Assembly (NCBI RefSeq): GCF_001194135.2
Contig: NC_068989.1
Span: forward strand, 83,460,613-83,498,491
Reading direction: 5' to 3'
Length of the DNA: 37,879 nt
Source: Octopus bimaculoides
Taxonomy: Eukaryota
Shown here: piece after piece, positions 22,388 to 31,095 of the stretch
Position numbering within the stretch: the first letter of the stretch is position 1
How the letters are laid out: each line of letters opens with the position of its first letter
Translations under genes and position numbers: made by a program
Notes under the pieces: generated by a model
The model's database searches: none
What the model saw: the letters and a program-made list of their open reading frames with translations, nothing else
What the model was told of the DNA's origin: nothing

Positions 22388-22863
22388 NNNNNNNNNNNNN
22401 NNNNNNNNNNNNNNNNNNNNNNNNNNNNNNNNNNNNNNNNNNNNNNNNNNNNNNNNNNNNNNNNNNNNNNNNNNNNNNNNNNNNNNNNNNNNNNNNNNNN
22501 NNNNNNNNNNNNNNNNNNNNNNNNNNNNNNNNNNNNNNNNNNNNNNNNNNNNNNNNNNNNNNNNNNNNNNNNNNNNNNNNNNNNNNNNNNNNNNNNNNNN
22601 NNNNNNNNNNNNNNNNNNNNNNNNNNNNNNNNNNNNNNNNNNNNNNNNNNNNNNNNNNNNNNNNNNNNNNNNNNNNNNNNNNNNNNNNNNNNNNNNNNNN
22701 NNNNNNNNNNNNNNNNNNNNNNNNNNNNNNNNNNNNNNNNNNNNNNNNNNNNTATATATCGCAACATTGTGGCTTTAGTTCACAAAGAGGTGAAGCGCTC
22801 TCTTTTGTTTCTTTTGCCAAATAAACACGGGCATTATAGTAGGTGCGTTTATTTACTCTCAAA

Positions 22864-22917
<54 letters not shown>

Positions 22918-23119
22918 CATCCCGAAATATAACAATATCTGTTTCAATACGCAGTTTCACGTCAGGAATCTTGCAACACAAATTCATAGACGTTAAATTT
23001 TATTGTTCTCTATTTATCGAATGGCAAATTTTTGCTCCATGCTACAAAGGGATGCAGTTTAGCACAATACTTAGCAATTTCAAATACAAAACGCACACTT
23101 ATACATAGAATTATCCACT

Positions 23120-23352
23120 GTATCATCGCACATCGATCAGACTATCGGATGTTGTTGTCCACCGCTGGCTACAATGCGATTCATCGGACTGTTGTGGCTT
23201 TCCAATGATTCCACCCCGCTGGGCAGACCAACATTTCCCCATCGCAGGTTTACGCTTTTACTGGTAAGCGGATTGGAGCAACGTGAAATTAAGTGTTTCT
23301 CTCATGAACTCAGCGCTCCACCGCCTTGGGAACCGAAGCCACAAACTTGCTA
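23120..23352 (-). mobile_element. SINE family D (CORE-like segment with a different tail), head cut off by a MITE
   Basis: TGGAGCAACGTGAAATTAAGTGTTTCTCTCATGAACTCAGCGC resembles 27579-27620. The 3' region (CATCGATCAGACTATCGGATGTTGTT...) is unrelated to the family C tail. Confidence 0.7.
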
Positions 23353-23354
23353 TA

Positions 23355-23580
23355 CAGTAATCCCTTGTAATATCACAGTTCACCTATCGCGGTTTATCGT
23401 CTAAGCTGACGTCGATTCCTCTGTGGTGTTGTTTTGCATTTATAATAAAATAAATATATACGAACCACAAAAATAATTTTTAAAAATATGCAGTACAGTA
23501 CTGTTTCTACTTAGCAGATTTTCACCTATCGCGAGAGTTTTGGAACGAACGTAACACCCGCGATAGTCGAGGAATTACTG
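23355..23580. mobile_element. pogo/Tigger-like MITE with TA target duplication
   Basis: TA|CAGTAATCCCTTG... and ...CGCGATAGTCGAGGAATTACTG|TA. Internal direct repeat TTCACCTATCGCG at 23379 and 23521. Confidence 0.82.
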
Positions 23581-23595
23581 TATGTATGCGTACAT

Positions 23596-23771
23596 ATAAG
23601 CGAACTTTAAGTTAGTTAAAATATGTTTGTGACATATTACATATTTCAACGCATTTTCTATACCTTTTATCATCAAAGAGAATTTTTTTTTCTCCTCGGT
23701 AACTGAAAGGAATTTGCCTAAATTTGAAATATGTCACAAACATATTCTTAACTAATTTAAACTTCGCTTAT
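23596..23771. mobile_element. Fold-back / long-inverted-repeat MITE
   Basis: Left arm ATAAGCGAACTTTAAGTTAGTTAAAATATGTTTGTGACATATT versus reverse complement of the right arm ATAAGCGAAGTTTAAATTAGTTAAGAATATGTTTGTGACATATT: 2 mismatches plus 1 indel over ~44 bp. Confidence 0.78.
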
Positions 23772-23819
23772 GCCTAAACGCTGCTTATCGCTGATACTGC
23801 TGAGTATATATATATCACT

Positions 23820-24039
23820 TGAGAGGGTGCTGAAAAGTCCCTGGATTTCAGAGCATCGTGAAAGGTCTGGCTGGAGGCCAGACGTGCCGAATTCTTATAC
23901 AAGACTTAGAAAAAAAACTGAAGAACTGCTGCAATAAGTCTGTGCATCTGAGAAGGGAATATGTTGAATAAAATCATAATTAACTGATCAACCTGTATTT
24001 CTTTTTACCCCAAACCAGGAACTTTTCAACCCCACCCTC

Positions 24040-24041
<2 letters not shown>
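23820..24041 (+). mobile_element. Mariner-derived MITE, second copy
   Basis: GAGGGTGCTGAAAAGTCCCTGG ... CCAGGAACTTTTCAACCCCACCCTCG. Internal WLEA..EF and LKNCCNKSVHLRREYVE* remnants. Homologous to 10188-10403. Confidence 0.88.
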
Positions 24042-24083
<42 letters not shown>

Positions 24084-24124
24084 ACCTTCCTCATAGTTTC
24101 AGTTTACTATATTACATTCGCTTG

Positions 24125-24346
24125 AAGGCGGCGAGCTGGTAGAGACGTTAGCACTCCGAGCGAAATGCTTAGCAGTATTTCGTCTGTCTTTACGTCCTGT
24201 GTTCAAATTCCGCCGAGGTTGACTTTGCCTTTCAACCTTTCGGGGTCGATAAATTAAGTACCAGTTGCGTACTGGGGTCGATCTAATCAACTGGTCGCCC
24301 CCCCCCTCCCCAAAAATTTCGGGCCTTGTGCCTAGTGTAGAAACGC
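24125..24346 (+). mobile_element. SINE family A, full length with 16 bp target-site duplication
   Basis: Complete head-to-tail sequence flanked by ATATTACATTCGCTTG (24109-24124) and ATATTGCATTCGCCTG (24347-24362), 14/16 identical. Confidence 0.95.
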
Positions 24347-24765
24347 ATATTGCATTCGCCTGTCATTGGCACAAAGTAAGACGACTTGTGCTTAATGTAC
24401 TGTACACCGGGATCCAGCCGTAACCCTACTGCTTGGGAAGTGAAGTTTTCGTTTGCCTTTCGGTTACAAGTTAATTTTAATATTTATGACCTACGATTGA
24501 AGACGGTCGACCAGTAATCTATCTTCTGGATCAGGGTTAAACATCGACTACCAAACAAAGAAATAAAAAATTCCAACTTTTTATCAACAACGGAAGAGAA
24601 ATTGAAGTGAAAACTTACAGAATCCTTAGTTTCGTGCATAAAGCGATGTGGGTCCTTTTTGTTATAATATACATCTTCATGTATAAATGGAGCAGATTAT
24701 TTCCGCTATGACCACCACAAAAATCGGAGTGTGTCAGTTTGTTAACTAGAGAAATATAGACTGTG

Positions 24766-24790
24766 ACTTACCTGAAAGTAAACAAAAATA
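24766..24790 (-). other. Juxtaposed 3' and 5' splice-site consensus (candidate recursive splice site)
   Basis: Minus strand reads TATTTTTGTTTACTTTCAG|GTAAGTC, with the junction between 24772 and 24771. Confidence 0.4.
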
Positions 24791-25160
24791 TATATATGTA
24801 TAAATTAAGAAATACATAAATTATATTAAAGGCTTAATACGTTTAAAAATAATAACGAAAGAAAGAAGTAGCTAAGTTACTAATTAGATACATCGTACAT
24901 TAATAAACAAAGAAAAAAGGGGAGACAGAGGTTAGAGGCCAAGTCAAACGTTAAAAAATTTGACATCCAGATGGGAATGGAAAGAGTAAGTGGAGGAGGG
25001 ATTGAAATAGCTGAGGAGAGAAATGTGAAGGAGAGCAGTGTTAGATATAATTTTAGTGGACATAGTATCAACATATTTAATATAGTAGAGAGGAATGAAT
25101 CGGCAACTAAATATACAGATTTAAACACGTAGGTGTAGGATTCTAAGTTGTGAAACTAAT

Positions 25161-25191
<31 letters not shown>

Positions 25192-25470
25192 CGAATTATG
25201 TATATATAATCTGAATTATGCAATAGAAGCTCTATATTAGAGTTTTTATCTATATAACATACAGAACTTTTGTGTGTCGTTGAAAAGTCAGAAGCTGCAG
25301 TCAGTTTTCCTTCAGGAAAATTCCCTTTCTAAATGTATTGTACAAATGAAATCGCCCTGTATGTGACTCCGAGAGCGGCAGATACGTATTTCTCCGTTGA
25401 TTCAGCTTCTCAGTGTCACGTTCTCGTGTCACTTCCGAAACTAAATCGAATCAGGTAATCTAGTAAAGTA

Positions 25471-25502
<32 letters not shown>

Positions 25503-26012
25503 AAGAGAAAGAGAGAGAGAGAGTATATGTGTGTGTGTGTGTGTGTAAACTAAACACTAGTTTGCAATGGAGCCATATAAGCAGAATCAAATTAGATTTA
25601 TGCAACGGAAACAACTCCATAGTAAAGTCTTTTGTGTATATATAACATAATGAATGTGTGTAGCTGAAAAGCCAGAATCTGCAGATTTTAGGCTGGAAGA
25701 AACTCTAAATATAAATATATTGTTTGGAAAGTTATAATATGCATCAGAGCTAGGAACGTGATTATAAAGAGAACCTCATTTACATGAATATAAGTCTTCA
25801 TATATGTGAAAATGAGAATCTGTGCCTGCGTGATTGCGATTGTGAACGTGTGTGCGTGTGTGTGAGTATTTTGTAATATCACATCATAATTTTTGTTCCA
25901 CATCTGCCAAAGACAACCATTGCATGGACTATTTTATTTCTAATTTTAGAAAAGATTGAGAGGATTTTCTCATAGGTCACGTGTTACGAAGTTAGACGCT
26001 AGAAATGTCTAT

Positions 26013-26063
<51 letters not shown>

Positions 26064-26246
26064 TGTTCTGGTCTGTTTGCGAGAACCAGTGACTAGTGGT
26101 GGGGTGCGTGTGAACGGCTGTATGCAAACGCAGTCAACTGTTACTGCTAATGTTCTTCAAATAGGAAGTTAAACAAGAAAGCAGCCCATCCGATGATTGC
26201 TCCCGAGTTCATTCATACATACATACAGGAAAGAGAAGAAGTCAGG

Positions 26247-26278
<32 letters not shown>

Positions 26279-26378
26279 TAAAAATTTCAATACTGATTAG
26301 ATTCTTGAAAATTTGTTTTTCGAAGTGTAAAAAGCTAATGTTAAGGGATAAAAAAAAGTCACATAGTAGTAGTAGTAT

Positions 26379-26413
<35 letters not shown>

Positions 26414-26978
26414 AAACAGCTTGATGAAGTGTGAATGTGTGGTTTGAGATTCGCGAGAAAATCAAATGAAAAGCAAGCGGTGTTATATAATCTAGAATTA
26501 TTATGAAAAAAATAAAAAACGTTAATCTAGCTTTCGAGGTTATGCTAATTACTAGAAAATTATGCTAATTACTAGAAAACTAACCGCAGAAGATAACGGG
26601 GATAACTTGAAGTGATTTCAATTTCAATTCCATATTTGGAAATTAAGTAGAGAAGACAACTCAAAGTTTTCTTCAAACCAGTGTTTGAAGAAACTGGGGG
26701 CTCTATTGAATGTATGTAAAATGATATACAGCTCAAAAAGTTTAGGGGTCATGTATAATAAATTTGGATGGGTGGGTATAAATTTAATCAAGGAACATTC
26801 AAGACATTATTATGGTCGAATTACTGGTAATTAATGAAGAAATATCAGTTTAAATTTTGTAGATTTCGAAGTGAAGGTTGCGCCCTCATTGTTGGATTTT
26901 GAAGCAACTTGTTGACTTGAGAGGTAACTCCCAATAATTATACTTTACTGAGTGTGTATGTATGTATGTGTGTGTGTG

Positions 26979-27160
<182 letters not shown>

Positions 27161-27252
27161 CCTGTTAAGGTGAAATCATAAATAGAATTAGAATTAAGGG
27201 CATAGAAAAATTCTACCCTATATGCTGTAAAGAGTCGCTAAATCGTCCAATT

Positions 27253-27317
27253 ACTTTTAATCATCACAAAATCACACACACGTTGGAATCGAGTGTAATT
27301 TTGTGATGATTTAAAGT
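27253..27317. repeat. 25 bp inverted repeat (23/25) with 15 nt loop
   Basis: ACTTTTAATCATCACAAAATCACAC / GTGTAATTTTGTGATGATTTAAAGT. Confidence 0.9.
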
Positions 27318-27374
27318 GTGTGTATGTAGATAGTATTTATTGGTGTACAGATTTTATATATTAAAAGTAAAGAC

Positions 27375-27693
27375 TAGCACTCCGTCAATTACGACGACGA
27401 GTGTTCCACGTGATCCGATCAATGGAATAGCCTGCTCTTGAAATCAACGAGCAAATGGCTGAACACTCCACAAAGTACACTTAACGTAGTTTTCAGAGAG
27501 ACTAAGCATAACACAGAATGTGACAAGGCTGTCCCTTTAAATTACAGGCACAGCTCATTTTTGCTAGCTGAGTGGAGTGGAGCAATGTGAAATAAAGTGT
27601 CTTGCTCAAGGACATAAAGCGCCACCTGGAATCGAACTCACGACATAACGACCATGAACCGAATATCCTAGCCATTAAACCACGCGCTTTCAC
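27375..27693 (-). mobile_element. SINE family C variant (CORE-like centre), full length
   Basis: Head GTGAAAGCGCGTGGTTTAATGGCTAGG...GAGTTCGATTCCAGG, CORE-like GTCCTTGAGCAAGACACTT...CACTCAGCTAGC, tail shared with 2511-2670. Confidence 0.9.
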
Positions 27694-27723
27694 AATAAAA
27701 ATAGGGGGTAGACAGAATTAGGA

Positions 27724-28212
27724 TTCTTTCTTTTATTCCTTTTCTTGTTTTAGTCATTTGATTGCAGCCATGCTGGAGCAAAGCCTTTAGTCGAAAAAAT
27801 CGACCCCAGGACACTAGTACTTATTATATCGGTGTTTTGCCTAACACGCTAAGTTACTGGGACGTAAACACACCAACATCGGTTTTCAAACGATAGTGGG
27901 GGAGACAGACACATGAACATATATATATATATATATGTGTGTGTGCTTTCGGTGCGAATGGACTATTTTTATACGGCGCATTTTTGCAATCCTGTAAATA
28001 ATAATATTGGTATTTTTATATAAGCTTAAAGCATATATGTATATATACGGCGGCATTCTTTCAGTTTCCGGTTAACCAAATCCATTCACAAGTTTCTAGC
28101 CAGCCCAAAGCTATAGAAGAAGATACTTGCCCAAGGTGCCACGCAGCGGAACTGAATCTGGAACCACGTGGTTTGGAAGCAATCGTCTCAGCACGCAGGC
28201 ACACCAGCGCCT
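27724..28212 (-). mobile_element. SINE family B, full length with ~90 bp insert in the central microsatellite
   Basis: Tail at 27724-27930. Head and CORE-like part at 28045-28212 (TTTCAGTTTCCG...ACTTGCCCAAGGTGCCACGCAGCGGAACTGAA). Confidence 0.9.
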
Positions 28213-29309
28213 CTCTCTCTCTCTCTCTCTGTATATATATNNNNNNNNNNNNNNNNNNNNNNNNNNNNNNNNNNNNNNNNNNNNNNNNNNNNNNNNNNNN
28301 NNNNNNNNNNNNNNNNNNTATATATATATATATATATATATAAATAGGTTCATACAGCGAAACATGGCCATATTTATTTAATCATTTTTATTTCAACCTA
28401 ATATACATTATTCCTGGCGTTTAATAGAATCTTTTATTCTTTAATAGAGTGGCTTCTAGTTCTGAAAGTTTCCTTTCAGATATATTTATTTGACTGCATA
28501 CACACACATGCATCTATATATACATGCATGCTCTGAAATATACATATGTACGCAAAAACAAAACCATACAAATGTACGATCTCAAACGCACGCAGGTAAA
28601 TACGCACATTTCACCGTTATTTCCCTCCAGTTAACCAAATGTTTAAGGAAATAGACCACCATAGTAATATCGCCAGCTAAAATAAAAAGGTCAGACATCT
28701 TGAATGAATTGGTAACCTATGGCATACCTACGTCACCGATTGACCTCGTCACGATCACAACCTAGTTTCGGGAGGTGAAAGGTTGTATCGTAAGAATTAC
28801 TGCTCAACCTCTTGAACTTTGGCCCATATAACACGTGACAAGCGGTGAAATCTTCCGACCTTTCTTCTAAAAGTGTGTTGGTATGTATACGTAGATATGC
28901 GACTGAGAGTGTGGTGCGTGTGTGCGTGTGTGTACGTGCACACATACACACATTTACAAGTTGTTTCTCCTTTCCTATGCTTGTGTACATTTTTATGTAT
29001 ATTAGTATATACTCAAGCATATGTTAGTGTTTAAATGTAGTAACGGTTTTCTTTGTAGTGTGCTCATATACATATATACATACATGTTTATTTATACATA
29101 CACACACCACATACACGCACACATTTCTTTATTGATGACGTCATAAGAGTTTAGAAACTTCGAAAACGTGAAATAATTAGTTTTATAAATAGTAAATCTC
29201 GAAGCAAATAAAGCTGTAAATATACATCTAATATTGGATTGAAACTGTTGATAGGCAGACAGGCAGACAGACAGGCAGACATATACATAGACAGCATCGC
29301 GCGTGTTGT

Positions 29310-29582
29310 AGTTCTATATTTAAGAGATGAGGAATTACGTACATTGTTTACATTTGACGGATATTTGTCCTCATCTTGTTTGTTGTTAACACAATGTTTC
29401 GACTGATTTACCCTCCGGCCTTCATCAGGCGTCTCGGGGAAACTTCCAACCTGGGTTCTCATTCCTAAGGTATTTTTCGATGTTATTATTATTATGATAT
29501 TATTATTCAGGTCACTGCCTGGAATCGAACTCGGAATTTTGGAGTTAGTAGCCCGCGCTTTTAACCACTACGCCATATACCC
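29310..29582 (-). mobile_element. SINE family E, full length (tRNA head, (AAT)n, hammerhead tail), left arm of inverted pair 2
   Basis: Minus strand GGGTATATGGCGTAGTGGTTAAAAGCGCGGGCTACTAACTCCAAAATTCCGAGTTCGATTCCAGGCAGTGACCTG has A box TGGCGTAGTGG and B box GTTCGATTCC, followed by the body. Confidence 0.93.
29388..29433 (-). ncRNA. Minimal type I hammerhead motif (stem III mutated)
   Basis: GACGC-CUGAUGA-A-GGCCG-GAGGGUAAAU-CAGUC-GAAA-CAUU-GUGUU. Confidence 0.62.
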
Positions 29583-29775
29583 ACCAACCCAAATATTCCG
29601 ATTCCAGGTAGTGACCTGAATAATAATAATATCGAAAAATACCTTAGGAATGAGAAGCCAGGTTCGAAATTTCCCCAAGACACTTAATGAAGGCTGAAGG
29701 GTATATCAGCCGAAACATCGTGTTAACAACCAACAAGATGAGGACAAATATCCGTCAAATGCAAATAATATACAC
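29583..29775 (+). mobile_element. SINE family E, right arm of inverted pair 2
   Basis: Begins in the anticodon-arm region (ACCAACCCAAATATTCCG) directly against the 5' end of the left arm. The remainder matches 15604-15785. Confidence 0.92.
29679..29724 (+). ncRNA. Hammerhead motif, catalytic core mutated (likely inactive)
   Basis: GACAC-UUAAUGA-A-GGCUG-AAGGGUAUAU-CAGCC-GAAA-CAUC-GUGUU. Stems I and II are fully paired; core substitutions C3U and G5A. Confidence 0.6.
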
Positions 29776-29879
29776 ATGTGATGTGTTTCTGTGCAGATGC
29801 TTGTATCTGCACGTATATGTGTGTATGTCTTGTGTGAATATATACATACATACATACATACATACATACATACATACAC

Positions 29880-29929
<50 letters not shown>

Positions 29930-29999
29930 GGGCAATGTTATGTATATTAGTGTACATATATGTACATACAATGTAAATATTTCTTATTGCATGTATGCG

Positions 30000-30068
30000 A
30001 GCATGTAAGCGAGTGGTTAAGAATTTTTATTTCGCAATAATGAGACACTGGTTTTGATGCCATTCCAT
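30000..30068 (+). mobile_element. Degenerate tRNA-like SINE head (family B-like)
   Basis: GCATGTAAGCGAGTGGTTAAGAATTTTTATTTCGCAA...GGTTTTGATGCCA resembles the head at 13735. Confidence 0.45.
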
Positions 30069-30609
30069 GTCATAATAGGCTCCTAACTTCTAGCAACATT
30101 TCAGGTGGAGTCGAGTATCCGAGCTTTGCGAGTGAAACAGGGAAGACGGAAATTGTATTGAGATCGGGGATTGAATCAGTAAGACAAAAACAGATAGGCT
30201 TGGCACACAGTGTTCCAATGGTTGGTAAAGTATATACCAGTGATACACTGCGGTTTATAACAGATTGTCTATTTTGTATTCTAAACATTATTGTTGTAGT
30301 TGGTTGTAACGAAAGCTACTACTGCAAAACAAGTTTGCCAACGTAGTTTCAATGCCAATATATTCCACTTGATATGAAGAAAGACTTGAACATCAAATTT
30401 TCCCTTCCATCTTTCTCTGCAGCCTACGGTAGTCATACTTGAGAAAACGGTTATATTGATTAATAATAAAAAAAATTATAACTTAGTTTGAAGAATAAGT
30501 TACGAGACACCTTGAGCTACATCTGATTATGATATATCTACACGATGGCTGTTTTTTGTGTCAAAATATCATTAGGAAAAGCAGCAAGCCCTCAGGTAAC
30601 TATGTAAAC

Positions 30610-30864
30610 CGTTGGTTCTCAACCATTTTTTGCCTGTGGACCGTTTTGATTCCTATTTCACACTACTGGAACCCCATTGCCATTCGATGCTTTAAAAAAT
30701 CCCATATTTTTATATAAAATTATTAGGAATTGTATAAAAGCATTGCTAAAATATTTTGAGTATTGAAAAAGTATAACTGATTTATTGCACAATTTTCAAC
30801 AACTAAATCTGATCTGGACCCCCCCCCCCCTCACAAGGTTCATGTAGACCCCCAGCTGAGAAAT
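30610..30864. mobile_element. hAT (Charlie-like) MITE
   Basis: Left end CGTTGGTTCTCAACC resembles CAGTGGTTCTCAACC. Right end GACCCCCAGCTGAGAA is partly deleted. Flanks ATGTAAAC (30602-30609) and ATGCAAAC (30865-30872) form an 8 bp TSD at 7/8 identity. Confidence 0.62.
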
Positions 30865-30879
30865 ATGCAAACTTTGGTC

Positions 30880-31095
30880 TGATGGGGATCGTGACGATGG
30901 ATCTGTCCTTCTTTGGCATTTCTCATCCACCATAGTAGCTCCGGCCTTCTAAACGTTGCTTGCAATAATCCAGATGCAGTTTTGTCCCATCTCCCTTTGT
31001 GCTGCAGCTATTTCTCACACCGTGTGGTCGATCCCTGCTTGGGTGAGCTGGTGTTTCAGCTGGTCTTTGAAGAGCAAATGTATCCTACCTCTTAA
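30880..31095 (-). mobile_element. RTE/BovB-like LINE ORF C-terminal fragment (pseudogenised)
   Basis: Minus strand encodes LRGRIHLLFKDQLKHQLTQAGIDHTV*EIAAAQRE...NV*KAGATMVDEKCQRR, matching the RGRPxxRFKDxLKxxL...I...W...A.DR..W...KRxRRK pattern of RTE-clade C-termini. Two in-frame stops. Confidence 0.75.

Noticed and set aside
24415-24545. TAACCCT...AGGGTTAA as piggyBac-like termini
   Set aside because: Only 7 bp match, the left TTAA is absent, and the neighbouring GATCCAG/CTGGATC pair is not nested as TIRs require.
26540-26579. Exact 20 bp tandem duplication TTATGCTAATTACTAGAAAA x2
   Set aside because: Ordinary slippage or repair duplication, with no element between the copies.
26668-26693. 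Perfect 11 bp hairpin TTTCTTCAAAC-CAGT-GTTTGAAGAAA
   Set aside because: Short and AT-rich, with no context; a few such hairpins are plausible by chance in 38 kb.
29131-29175. TTGATGACGTC...CGAAAACGTG hammerhead-like string (also contains the CRE palindrome ATGACGTCAT)
   Set aside because: C3 is mutated, there is no stem II pairing, and the cleavage position would be G.
29512-29582. tRNA-like sequence with a CTACTAA anticodon-type loop
   Set aside because: The acceptor stem does not pair and it is contiguous with the SINE E body, so it is a SINE head rather than a tRNA gene. The same applies to the heads at 2800-2877, 16741 and 27620-27693.
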